DNA of 64,000 nucleotides from Paramoeba atlantica (Eukaryota; Protista; Discosea): contig CDRNVI010000055.1 of assembly GCA_977017575.1 (NCBI GenBank), forward strand, positions 1-64,000, read 5' to 3'. Below the pieces are notes generated by a model that was given only the letters and a program-made list of their open reading frames with translations, ran no database searches and was not told where the DNA came from. Below, in pieces: positions 21,407 to 31,811 of this stretch. The stretch's first letter is position 1, and each line of letters opens with the position of its first letter. A program made the position numbers and the translations under genes.

Positions 21407-22393
21407 TTAGTTCTGCATCGAACTTCTAACAGGCTTGGGTGTATGTGAGCGTGCTCGCACGCGCTGTCTGTGCTCTGGTCCTATGTAGTCCCAGTCTATC
21501 TGTTCTGAAATCGCATGAACCGAACTCTTTCTTCCTGGCGCTTTCTCGTGATGCGATTTCAGACACCGCCTACGTTGGACCCACCTAACAAAAATAGCAA
21601 CCAGTAATGCAGCCAACAAGGAGACACCAATCATAAAACGAGAGAGTTGTGATGAGGTACGAGAGATAGAAAGTATGGTTGCGGTTGTATTCAACGGAGT
21701 GGCTAGAAACGTTTCCTCTTCACCCACATAGAACACTTGTAGCACGAAGTTGTAGTCCCGGTTCTCGAGATCTACACCGGGAAACAGGCGATACGGCAAA
21801 CTGATCGTGTCTCCGGGGCGCACCGTGCGGTTGTACTGCGCACCAGTAAAATTCTGCACAAAAAACGCCGGCTGTCCCACAGCGAGATGCGCCAGGACAT
21901 ATTCCACCCGGTAACTTCCGGCCAACGCGTCCCGTTGGGCCCGGTTAGCGACCGTCACAACCACATCCATCGGAGACCCCGCGGTGAGCTCCACCGAAGA
22001 ACTCCCGGTATAGGAGGGCACCCGCACGGCACAGCGTATGTCCTGGGACTCCGTAGACTGCAGCATCTCCTCCTCCTCCTCGTCTTCTTCCTCTTCTTGA
22101 GTCTCCAGCTGTCGACTCTCTTCCATTTGCTTCACATCCTCTTCACTACCCTCGCTGTTTTCAACTCCTTTCCTTGTGCTGTTCTCATCCATGGAGCTTG
22201 AACTAGTCCTCTCGACGTCGTCATCATAGGCCGCGAGATGCGGAACCCATGGAGCTGTGGTTTTCAAACCACTTCGATTAAGTGAGAGAGAAGCAGATAG
22301 AAGAGAAGAGTGTGAGGATAATGGGGGAGAAAACCCGAGGAGAAGGGAAAGGAAAAGGGGCAGTGTACGAAAGTGAAGGAGACGCGGGGGCAT
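21407..22393 (-). CDS. SSR1: Translocon-associated protein alpha (TRAP-alpha)
   Basis: Signal peptide, acidic stretch, FVQNFTGAQYNRTVRPGDTISLPY, single TM segment, IDWDYI tail. Confidence 0.85.
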   Translation of the reverse strand: MPPRLLHFRTLPLFLSLLLGFSPPLSSHSSLLSASLSLNRSGLKTTAPWVPHLAAYDDDVERTSSSSMDENSTRKGVENSEGSEEDVKQMEESRQLETQEEEEDEEEEEMLQSTESQDIRCAVRVPSYTGSSSVELTAGSPMDVVVTVANRAQRDALAGSYRVEYVLAHLAVGQPAFFVQNFTGAQYNRTVRPGDTISLPYRLFPGVDLENRDYNFVLQVFYVGEEETFLATPLNTTATILSISRTSSQLSRFMIGVSLLAALLVAIFVRWVQRRRCLKSHHEKAPGRKSSVHAISEQIDWDYIGPEHRQRVRARSHTPKPVRSSMQN

Positions 22394-23035
22394 GCCACTT
22401 ACAGGGGGGGGGGTAAAAAGAGGGTTAGGAAAAGGGGGAAGGTCTTAGAAATGAGTTTGTAGGACGGTAGTGGGAAAAAGGAAACCAATATCTAGATAAG
22501 AATGTATTAAGAGTAAATTTACACCCAAACACATTGACTAATAAATAGTTTACTTCGTAATTTAAAATTACGCAGATTTGCGCACCATATACGTATCATA
22601 GTCTTGCACTGAGCCCTGTAACATACAAGAGTGTCCTCTTTTTATTAATAAAAATAGTAAAAAGAACAAGCTTCAAAAAGATATACATGTACATGTACAT
22701 GTACATATTCTAAGCGATTCGATTCATAGCCAGTTATACATCAAGGCGAGTATTAGAGATTGAAATTGACCAACAATAACTACTGACAACTAAGTAAGCA
22801 CACATTCAGTGTATTACAATGTGAAGAGGTGAATGCAAAAATTAACAAGTTTTTGTCAGTTTTAAAGAATTTGAAACTTCACTGGGATCCTACTAGATGG
22901 CATTTTGAGGCACAATACTTCTATTGCCAGCCGAATCTCTCGTGAGCACATGATCACTTTTTTAGCTCACATGCACTTTTTTAGCTCGAGATGCATTTAT
23001 ATAGTTTAGCATTTCCTTTTGTAATCGTTTGCGAA

Positions 23036-25111
23036 TTATTTATGTAAGTTTACCTTGAGTCTACTTTTTTGAATCTGGCTCTTCCTTTTCTTCAGTTTGA
23101 GGGGATGGATAAGACGGGCTCCGGGCTTTTTATAATTCGGATATTTAACGTGAGACTCCGATTTAGATTCTTTTCTCGGGCAGTACATTTCCGTCGCCTC
23201 GTAAAGTGTGCGTGCTTTTCCGTACACTTCACCATGCGCAGAAGAAGAAACGGCTTGCGACTTTGATACGCATTGATCAAACTCTTTCCAGAATTGAGCA
23301 ACGACCCTATGGCGCAGTGTGCCTCCGTTGGCCATAGTATTTAACATTTTTTCCATCCCAGATGTATACCCTGTATCGACGAAAGACTGGAAATGTTTTT
23401 TAGCGAAATATGCCGCCATTTCGCCTTGCGGTGCGAGTTGTAACTTTTGATCACGTAGGTGGGACACATAGCCGCGCTCTCGCAGTGTCACCATAGTAGT
23501 CGGGTATGTGGAAGGCCGACCGATACCTGCGTCTTTGAGAGCCTTTATCAACGTTCCTTCGGTCAACCTCTGCGGCTTTGCCTCACGATGTGTCGCGACC
23601 CGAATGTCATGTAAAGTCACCGTTGAGTCTGGCATCGCTGTTATGGTATCATAGAGTGACCGATTCTGCACTTCCGCAGAGGACTTTTCGTCGAAAGACA
23701 ATCCAGGGGTCGTGAACGCCAGACGATATCCAGGGCTGGAAATATAGGCCGACGACACAGTAACCACTGCCCGATCGCGACCCTCTGACGCAGCTGAAAA
23801 CACGACGTTAGCTTCTGCTACGTTTTGCACAAGTGAGGCCATACGGCTTGCAATAGTTCGTTGATAGATAAGCGTATAAAGCATCATCGCACCCCCCGTA
23901 AGAGACATTGTTCTAGGAGTCTTTGTCAGATCTGTAGGACGTATCGCTTCGTGTGCCCCTTCCGCATTTGAAGTGTCCTTCTTGCGAGATTTTCTTCCAA
24001 CGCCTACCAAGGATTTTCCATAGGTCTGAGAAACATAGCTCAGCAGAGAGTTTTCAAACTCTTCAGACAGACGTTCTGAATCGGTGCGCGGGTAGGTGAT
24101 GAGTCCTTCAGTAAACAATTTCTGTGTTATCTGACTTACTTGGTCACCTCTCATGCAGAATTGTTTTCCGGCCTCAATAAGGAGCGTTGCCATTGTAAAT
24201 GGATGTGGAGGTGAGACAGTCTTCGTATTGATCTGTACTTTTACTTTTCCGCAGTGACCTTTCCACTTTTTTAGAAGTTCTGTTACGCGTTCCTCGCATA
24301 AATTTTGATCCGTAGTTAGACCTGCTGTTTTTGCGTCGAATGCGCCAAAGAGGTCTTCATGAGAGGAGTTATTACGTAGAACAGGATATACATCGTACTT
24401 CACAAGAGCTCCCCTCTGTTGAAATTTACGGATTTCGTTTTCGCGTTCTTGTACTATGTGCAATGCTGGCGTCTGGACCCTTCCTATTGACCGACAGCTA
24501 GGATGTACTTTTTGCAAAAGAATGCTCGCTGTAAATCCGAAAATTTTATCCATAGCATGACGGGCCAAAGCACTGTCAACAAGATTCTTATCAATGAAAT
24601 TTTCCCTCCGCTCCACAAAACCCTTGGTCACCATTTCGTCCGTCATAGCATAGAAATAAGCGCGTGAAAAAGGTACTCCAACCTTGGTAGGGAGAATCAT
24701 GTCATGAATATGGGCCGCGATCAGCTCTCCTTCGCGATCAGGATCGGATGCAAGGACAACCTCTCTTATCCTAGAATGTGCCAGAACGTCGATGATTCCT
24801 TGAATAATATTCAATTTGTCCTTTCTCAATTTCCATTGCATTTCGTAGTTGTCGCGGAGTTCCAAATCGCAGCTTTCCATGAAGTGTCCTACTGTGGCCA
24901 TAACTTGAAGGTTCACTACGTTATTTGATCGACTGGAAAGGTACTTTGACAAATAATTTCGCACCGCCGGGGCCTTGTTCGGTGATTCCACTAAAACTAG
25001 AATCATTGGGTCGCCTTTACTAACGACGTTCTGCTTGACCGGTCTAAGGAATCCACGATCTGCCCGTGCTCCCGTAAGAGATACCAGATACTTCCCAGAC
25101 ACACGATACAT
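23036..25111 (-). CDS. topA: Bacterial-type DNA topoisomerase IA (probably mitochondrial)
   Basis: LVESPNKA, ATVGH, SDPDREGE, GRVQTP, catalytic ITYPRTDS, AHEAIRPT, GIGRPSTY. First ATG at 25111, with a basic N-terminal extension. Confidence 0.92.
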   Translation of the reverse strand: MYRVSGKYLVSLTGARADRGFLRPVKQNVVSKGDPMILVLVESPNKAPAVRNYLSKYLSSRSNNVVNLQVMATVGHFMESCDLELRDNYEMQWKLRKDKLNIIQGIIDVLAHSRIREVVLASDPDREGELIAAHIHDMILPTKVGVPFSRAYFYAMTDEMVTKGFVERRENFIDKNLVDSALARHAMDKIFGFTASILLQKVHPSCRSIGRVQTPALHIVQERENEIRKFQQRGALVKYDVYPVLRNNSSHEDLFGAFDAKTAGLTTDQNLCEERVTELLKKWKGHCGKVKVQINTKTVSPPHPFTMATLLIEAGKQFCMRGDQVSQITQKLFTEGLITYPRTDSERLSEEFENSLLSYVSQTYGKSLVGVGRKSRKKDTSNAEGAHEAIRPTDLTKTPRTMSLTGGAMMLYTLIYQRTIASRMASLVQNVAEANVVFSAASEGRDRAVVTVSSAYISSPGYRLAFTTPGLSFDEKSSAEVQNRSLYDTITAMPDSTVTLHDIRVATHREAKPQRLTEGTLIKALKDAGIGRPSTYPTTMVTLRERGYVSHLRDQKLQLAPQGEMAAYFAKKHFQSFVDTGYTSGMEKMLNTMANGGTLRHRVVAQFWKEFDQCVSKSQAVSSSAHGEVYGKARTLYEATEMYCPRKESKSESHVKYPNYKKPGARLIHPLKLKKRKSQIQKSRLKVNLHK

Positions 25112-25532
25112 AATACGTCTCAATACACAAATTTACGTTAAAAAGAATTAATATACGTCTTTCAAAATCATTCTAATTTGTTATTCTTTTTCTTTCCAAT
25201 GTACTGTCTTTCTTTGTACAATGAATTTCTTTCCTTTTTTTCTTCCTCTGTAGTATAACTTAATCGAAATCGGTAACCATATCGTACGATAGCGGTAAAT
25301 CATTTAAAATGTAAGGACCGTCTAAATAACATTCAGTTCTTGTTGTCATATCACAGCCTGAGACAAAACAAAATGCGTATTCGACGAGAAAAAATGGTGA
25401 AAATGCGAATTATTCGATTCAAAAGATTTTCTTACGTGAACATTTGTTCGTTGGAGCCTCAATGTTCGTCACTCAAGGAAAATTCTTTCCAGGAAAATGC
25501 CGCCTCTCATAAGAGTACTTTGAATCGACGCG

Positions 25533-25973
25533 TCATGGGATTCCGTTTCCAGAATGTGGGGAATTTCCTTGTTTTCTTACTTTTTCAGGATCTGGTAATT
25601 TCACCCCGCCTGCTGTCAGCACTGGGAGAAAAGTGGAACGTATTCCAGTTAACTGAAGAATGAACGATCTTCTCCAACCATCGATAATGTGACGAAAGAT
25701 CTGATAAGGCTCCGACTGCTGGTCAATTGGACGTGCAAGCATGATTGCCACATGTGCTAGTCGATCCCAAGTGGGTAGATAAGACTGCTGAATGCGACCA
25801 ACATTGTACGTCAATCTCTCACGCCAAAAGTTGTGTGTATTTGCGTGTATGGCGCTTGAAGGAATCGTTGTGGAAGGGTCTGCAGTAGGCTGATTGTTTA
25901 AACTTATGTGACTCGAGAAAAACCCCGAAGTACGGCGCACGAGGAAGCGATCGAATCTTTTCATTACCGGCAT
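25533..25973 (-). CDS. Hypothetical protein (possible mitochondrial presequence)
   Basis: 146-aa ORF, Arg/Phe/Ser-rich N-terminus, co-oriented with the cluster. No family recognised. Confidence 0.45.
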   Translation of the reverse strand: MPVMKRFDRFLVRRTSGFFSSHISLNNQPTADPSTTIPSSAIHANTHNFWRERLTYNVGRIQQSYLPTWDRLAHVAIMLARPIDQQSEPYQIFRHIIDGWRRSFILQLTGIRSTFLPVLTAGGVKLPDPEKVRKQGNSPHSGNGIP

Positions 25974-26338
25974 CACAGAAGATACCCTGCTCTCGTCATA
26001 AACTCACGTAACCCGTCAGTAAAAAGGTAGAATAATTCGTTTTCTTGTCCTGTTCCAATAAACATGCCATGCAGTAAATTCACCCATATTGTCCTCGTTT
26101 GCAATTTTTAAACACTTCAAAATGAGAACTCCTGCATAAGACAAGATACTAATGATGTGATAAAAATGACTTTGCCGCTTAATTATGAAGATCTGCATAA
26201 GGTTAAAAATATGTAGGCAAAGTAATGCTTCGAATCGCTACATGTGTTTTGGTAACAATTCAACCATTCTATCCGAGTCTAGTGGAATGGCTTTGGAGAG
26301 CCAAAAATGTCTTTCGTTGACGGGACGATTTATACTCA

Positions 26339-27921
26339 TTACTTAAAATTCGCAAACCGTCCGCCACCCCCACTAAACCGACCCCCACCTTCGTTGCCCG
26401 GGTCTGCTCTCTGAAACCCCCCACCCCCTCGACCAGCGGGCGGGCCGTAACCTCCACGGCTAAATCCGCCTCCCCCACCGCGGCTGAATCCTCCTCCCCC
26501 TCCTCCACGGTTGAATCCCCCACCCCCCTCACGGTTGAATCCGCCCCCACCCCCCTCACGGTTGAATCCGCCCCCACCCCCCTCACGGTTGAATCCGCCC
26601 CCACCCCCCTCACGGTTGAATCCGCCCCCACCCCCCTCACGGTTAAATCCGCCCCCTCCCCCACCACGGCCATACCCTCCGCCGCCACCACCACCACCAC
26701 GGCTGAATCCTCCACGACCAAATCCCCCAGCCCTGCCGAATCCCCCACGCGAGGGTCCGCCTCGACCTCCTCTGGAAAAGCCATCCGATGGGCCCTCACT
26801 TCGCTTCGCCTCCTTCATCGCTTGCCGGGCCTCACGTAGCTCCCCAACCTGCGTCGCCTTCTGCTTGGCAATCTTAGCCGCCACAGAGGTGGGGACCGCG
26901 TAGTACGCGGTGCCGGTGTTCTCCCCCTCCTCCATTGAGGCCTGCTTGACCACAAACAGCTGTTGCCGGTCTTTTAGAAATTTAAGCAGCCCCCTTTCTC
27001 ACCACACGCCTCCTGGGCCTCCTCGGGCAACGCTGCCATGAGCTTTGGCACCTGCATCGGTGTAATCACACCCTCCTTGACCGGAAAGTGAGACATAATC
27101 TGCATTAAAAGCATCCCATCCGACTTAAACGGGTTGTACGACTTCCCCCCTTCCCCCTCCTGCCCCTCCGTACCCGACGGACCACCTTCCTCCCCCACCG
27201 ATCCCCCACGACCATATCCCGCAGCTCCACCTTGAAACCCTCCCCGAGCAGAGCCTCCCATAAACCCCCCTCGACCACGTCCCATTCCCCCCCCTCCTCG
27301 GTACGGGGGCGAACCGTACCCTTGACCTCGGCTAGTGTTCTCATTATACCCCTCACTCCCCCCACTACCCCCACTCCGATCAAAGGCGCCACTAAAGCCT
27401 CCACGACGCTGGAAGCCCCCCCCTCCCCCTCCCCCTCCCCCTCCCCCTCCCCCTCCCCCTCCCCCTCGGTTGAACGCCTCCCCGAATCGACCCCCTCCCG
27501 CTCCCGCTGCCTCCCCGGGCCGGGCGAAGGCCGCGGCACTGTGGGCGTAGAGTACCGAGGGGAGGGGGGAGGGGCCCGAGGGCAGAGGGGCGAGAGGACC
27601 GGCTCGGGCCCCGCTCGAGGCGTAGCGTAGGGTCAGCCCCCCCGGGAGGGTGGAGCGTGTGGAGAGGACGTTGCTGTTGGTTGTCGTGGTGGTTGGGGGG
27701 GGAGGAGAGCGAGATGTGCCGGAGGGGGGTTGAAGGGAAGGGGGGGTATTTTTAACCCCGGTGTTGCAGGGGGAACAGGGGCATGGGGGGTTGTGTGGTG
27801 GGGGTGGGGGGATGGGGTGATGGAGGGGTTGGGTAGGGGTTGGGGGGGTTGGGGAGGAAGGGGTGGGGTAGGTGCGTGAGGAGAAAGGGGAGAGGAAGCC
27901 AAGATAGGCGGTGCGACGCAT
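26339..27921 (-). CDS. RGG-repeat RNA-binding protein; one gene split by an apparent 1-nt homopolymer frameshift at 26990-26994
   Basis: Adding one C to the C5 run joins ...EACGEKGG to LLKFLKDRQQLFVVKQ..., a winged-helix-like globular domain between two RGG/FxR Gly tracts. Confidence 0.7.
26507..26650. repeat. 27-bp coding tandem repeat (GGGGGFNRE)
   Basis: Unit starts at 26531, 26558, 26585, 26612 and 26639, with a shorter unit at 26507. Confidence 0.95.
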
Positions 27922-28062
27922 TTAACTCGTGTGGGAGAAAATACTGAAAAAAAAATATTGGTTTAGGTATATGAGTTTGTTTTTAGTTTCATGGATTTTT
28001 GATTTTACAGGTTCAGAATAATGACAAAGAAAAAAGTGATCAAACTATCCGAAGCAAGGCAC

Positions 28063-29202
28063 CTATTCACTAGTGTGAGTGGGCAAGTAATACAAGAACG
28101 TGACGTCCTCGGAACACAACGTGGAGACAACAAGACCCGTATCCCTTGGACAATGAAACAAAGTTCGCTTTACTCGAATATACTTCAGCTTATCTATGGA
28201 GCGTAAAATGTTGGAAAACGTTTTCGTGCATAGTGCATAAGCCAATGTCTCCTCCGCGTTCTCATTTTCCTCATCCACACTTGTATCTCGACGTGTATTA
28301 CGAGGTTCATCACTCTCCACGACGAGGGCCTCCGTATTTTCCTGTAGAAACGCTGCCGTATCGACGACCGGTAAATCCGAGAAGGTACATTGTATTTTAT
28401 GTGTATCCCTGCACACCACAAGCCTCATTTTTGCTCGTGAAAGGGAAGCCTGCCTTGATTTGCTCACGTACAGCATACAATCCTCTGCGATGGCTTGCGG
28501 GGTGGTACCCATGGAGTACCACCTTTGTGTGGCATTGGACTTTGTCGTGTGGCCCACCGCACGGTGGGAGGAGTCAAAGAACCCGTAGAGCGTGGAGGGC
28601 GGAGGGGGGTGTAGCGCGAACACACAGCTGTCCAGCGTGGGCAGCCGTGTGTCCGAGACCTCCCCCTCTGCGAGAACCCGCACCGGGACACTGTGTGTGA
28701 TATCCCCATCAAGGGTGGGCTCACAGTGGGAGGGACCGAGTCCCGAACCCCTGGGGTCCGCGGGGTTGGGGTTAAGACGTCGTGCGGCGCCTCGTTTCAT
28801 GGCCAGCGAGAGGTTCAGTGTGGGCTGGGTGCCATCCTTGGTAAGGCGTAGCGTAACGGGGGTTGAGGTGGGGAGGTGGGAAGAGGGTGAAGAGGTGTCT
28901 TCGGCTTCGCAGCCTTGGCGAAGGGCTAACATCAGGTCCGCAAGGCTGACTTCACAGTAGATGTCATTGTGGAGCTTTGATTTGATGTGAAAGAGCTGAA
29001 AGATGGACGCGGTGGGAATTGAGACCCAGACTTGGGCATTGGGGGAACTTTTTGAGGTGGCTTCGTCTGTGCCAGATCCTTTGACGACGAGTCGAATTCG
29101 TGCAGAGTTTAGACGTAGTATTGCAGTTTTGCTAATCTTTCGTAGCGAATCACATGCTGCATATAATGCGCGAGCGTTGTGAAGTGTTGCCTTAAATTTC
29201 AT
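28063..29202 (-). CDS. HUS1: Checkpoint clamp (9-1-1) subunit Hus1
   Basis: MKFKATL...ISKTAILRL...QVWVSI...NDIYCEVSLADLMLAL. ATG at 29202. Confidence 0.8.
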   Translation of the reverse strand: MKFKATLHNARALYAACDSLRKISKTAILRLNSARIRLVVKGSGTDEATSKSSPNAQVWVSIPTASIFQLFHIKSKLHNDIYCEVSLADLMLALRQGCEAEDTSSPSSHLPTSTPVTLRLTKDGTQPTLNLSLAMKRGAARRLNPNPADPRGSGLGPSHCEPTLDGDITHSVPVRVLAEGEVSDTRLPTLDSCVFALHPPPPSTLYGFFDSSHRAVGHTTKSNATQRWYSMGTTPQAIAEDCMLYVSKSRQASLSRAKMRLVVCRDTHKIQCTFSDLPVVDTAAFLQENTEALVVESDEPRNTRRDTSVDEENENAEETLAYALCTKTFSNILRSIDKLKYIRVKRTLFHCPRDTGLVVSTLCSEDVTFLYYLPTHTSE

Positions 29203-29445
29203 TAGGAAGGGCAATAATTTTCCCCTATTATTGAATTGTAAAGTTGGTGAAACTAGCTAGAGAATCCTTTGTTTTCTGGAAAAGACCGAAAAAAATAGGG
29301 CTTGTATATGAGAGATTGAACATTTTACTTTTTTGATAGGGGAAGTTATACTAAAAAGCGCACAAAACTGTACGCGGCTTGTGAATAAATTGTGTAAACA
29401 TGCAGGCACGCATCTCATACTGAAGCGACCCAAAAGCAGCTTGAC

Positions 29446-30240
29446 CTAAAAATGCATTAAATTTGGTTTCTTTTGGCTTAGATCCTGCGTTACGTGTCGC
29501 GAATATTTAGAAGGATGTATTTGAGTCACTGCGTGTCGGACCTGGGCGTTGACGCTATCCCTAGAATCATAATTTACGTAACAATAAGGATATTCCGTGT
29601 ATCGCTTAGCTTCTGAGGTTGGCTTCCCTACAAGTCTCTGGTACAACTGTGCAAAGAAGTCGAGGTGTGTGTTTTTGTGTTCCTCCAAAGAGAGATATCG
29701 CGTGAAGCGCACCATATTACGACTTTTCCCCTTTCTTCGAACCAATTCGTCAAAACTACGATCTTCGCTAATAACGGTGAACGGTACGCCCTTTGGACAT
29801 ATGGCCCCGAGTTTACCCACACAGAGAGCCAAAGCTGTGTCGGCGGAATTCTTCTGCATAGCCGCAGGCATGTCGAATTCTACATCATGATGGCGCAATA
29901 GGTCGTAAAAACACGTACTACCCACTGTAAAATCGTATAACCTGAGACGTACATTGTTGAAACACCAAATAAATGTCCCAGGTGGAAGAAGGAACGGCAG
30001 CGGATTGTCACCACCACAGAGCTCCTGTGCCGCGTGATCGCATCTTCGAAAGAAATCGGGGACATTGTCAAAGTCAAGAAGCATCACGTGTCTAATACCT
30101 TTGCGAGTTAATGTCAGGGAAACACCTGGGGCGCGGGGAAGGTTGATGCTTCTTACCGTAGATGATGTTGTTGCATGATGTCTCTCGTCGATTTTCATCT
30201 TGTCCTTTTGATTCTTTTCAGAAACGTTTTGTGTACTCAT
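29446..30240 (-). CDS. PIN/NYN-like domain protein (putative ribonuclease)
   Basis: LLDFDNVP, KNSADTALA and FTVISEDRSFDEL acidic motifs of the PIN_7/NYN type. Confidence 0.65.
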   Translation of the reverse strand: MSTQNVSEKNQKDKMKIDERHHATTSSTVRSINLPRAPGVSLTLTRKGIRHVMLLDFDNVPDFFRRCDHAAQELCGGDNPLPFLLPPGTFIWCFNNVRLRLYDFTVGSTCFYDLLRHHDVEFDMPAAMQKNSADTALALCVGKLGAICPKGVPFTVISEDRSFDELVRRKGKSRNMVRFTRYLSLEEHKNTHLDFFAQLYQRLVGKPTSEAKRYTEYPYCYVNYDSRDSVNAQVRHAVTQIHPSKYSRHVTQDLSQKKPNLMHF

Positions 30241-30497
30241 GGTTGATGCAGATAAATTTGTAAAAGTTTAGTATGATGGGCTAAATCTGATCCACTATTC
30301 AGCTTTCGAAGACTCTGTTATCTGAATTTCTACTTTTTTAGTTGAACTTTTGTCACTTACTATATTGCGTTTGCTGCTGGATTTACTACCTACGTAACAC
30401 CACTGTATTAGATTTCGTAAAGCTATTTACAAATTACATTTACATAAAACGTACTACTGGTTTGTACTACAAAAAAGTAGAATATCACCTTTTACTG

Positions 30498-31529
30498 TCA
30501 GTTTGCATGTATCTTTTTATTTGGCCGTATCCGGGTCCCTTTGGATACGCGTAACTGGGAGTGCATCTTCTTTCGTATTCTCGAAAAGGTATCCTGCATG
30601 TGACTAGCGAGTGCTTCCGTTCTCCTTACCGTCAGCTGTTCAGTTAACGGCGCTACATCACCTTCTATGGATAGTTTTTCCACGCAATAGTTTACATTTT
30701 CCTCCGACACAGGAAAGGGGTCACCCAGTGTGACATAAATATCACTGCTGGCCACTTTCCAATCGCCCGGTTTCCATGCCATGTGCGTGTTCACCAACAC
30801 CACCGGAACCAGCCACACCACATCCTGCTCCGTTGTCGCGCTCGCCGACTTCTTTATCGCCAAATCAAAAAACCCCAGCTTAAACGGCAGCAACGGCCCC
30901 TCCTCCCCCACCCGACTCCGTCCCCCTTCCGGAAACACCCCAATCGGGACACGCTCCTCCAACAACTCCCCACAATACCGCATCATCCGGGACACACTCC
31001 CCCGTTTCGTCCCCCAGCCCCCTTTCTCCGCCGTAAAGTGGACCGCAATATCCCCCGCCATCCGCATGCACCACCCCGCGAACGGGATCCGGAACAGCGA
31101 GGCCTTCGCGACCCAGCGGCAGTCCACCCCCCCGCTCTCCCACAGCACCCGGGCCGCGACCCAGGGGTCCGCGTTGGAGGCGTGGTTCACCAAGTAGATC
31201 ACCCGGGCCCTCCTCGGCAGCCGGGGGAAGCAGCGGTCCTCGAGGACGTGGATGCGCCACAGCCACCCGGCGCAGAGCGCGATGAGCAGTTTAACGTTAA
31301 AGAAGCGGAAGATGGCGGAGAGGAGGCGGCGGCGGCGGGGGGTGGGGAGCACGGGGTAGGCCAGGCCGTAGACGGGGAGGGAGACGAGCCAGGCGGCGGC
31401 CCAGATGGTGAGGGTTGCGAGGAGGAGGAGGAGGGAGGCGGCGGTGCGGAGGGCGAGGGAGAGGGGGGAGGGGTTGTCCGCGGCGAGGAGGGCGTGGTAG
31501 AAGGGGGGGGCGGGGGAAGGGGGGGGCAT
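30498..31529 (-). CDS. 1-acyl-sn-glycerol-3-phosphate acyltransferase (PlsC/AGPAT family)
   Basis: NHASNAD motif I, FPEGGRS motif III, PFKLGFF, N-terminal TM segment. Confidence 0.9.
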   Translation of the reverse strand: MPPPSPAPPFYHALLAADNPSPLSLALRTAASLLLLLATLTIWAAAWLVSLPVYGLAYPVLPTPRRRRLLSAIFRFFNVKLLIALCAGWLWRIHVLEDRCFPRLPRRARVIYLVNHASNADPWVAARVLWESGGVDCRWVAKASLFRIPFAGWCMRMAGDIAVHFTAEKGGWGTKRGSVSRMMRYCGELLEERVPIGVFPEGGRSRVGEEGPLLPFKLGFFDLAIKKSASATTEQDVVWLVPVVLVNTHMAWKPGDWKVASSDIYVTLGDPFPVSEENVNYCVEKLSIEGDVAPLTEQLTVRRTEALASHMQDTFSRIRKKMHSQLRVSKGTRIRPNKKIHAN

Positions 31530-31811
31530 GGGAGGGAAGGGGAGGGAAAAGGAAAGGGGAGGGTGGTAAAGGGGGTAAAAAAGGAGGGGGGTGGGGAGGG
31601 GGGTGAGGGTTTAATTTTATAGGGGAGATGGTTTTGAGGAGATGAAAGTGTGGGGGGTAGGGATGAAAAGAATAACAAAAAGTGCACAAATGTTTTGAAA
31701 TGAAAAGGAAAAGGAAATGAAAAAAGAACAAGGGCAGGCTTTCCATGTTATAGATGGTCACAGAAACGATGCTCGTGAACGAAAAAAGATATGTGGACTT
31801 CTGGTTTAGTT

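Noticed and set aside
23036-25111. Bacterial contamination suggested by topoisomerase IA
   Set aside because: Co-oriented among eukaryotic genes and has an N-terminal extension; kinetoplastids are known to encode a mitochondrial topo IA.
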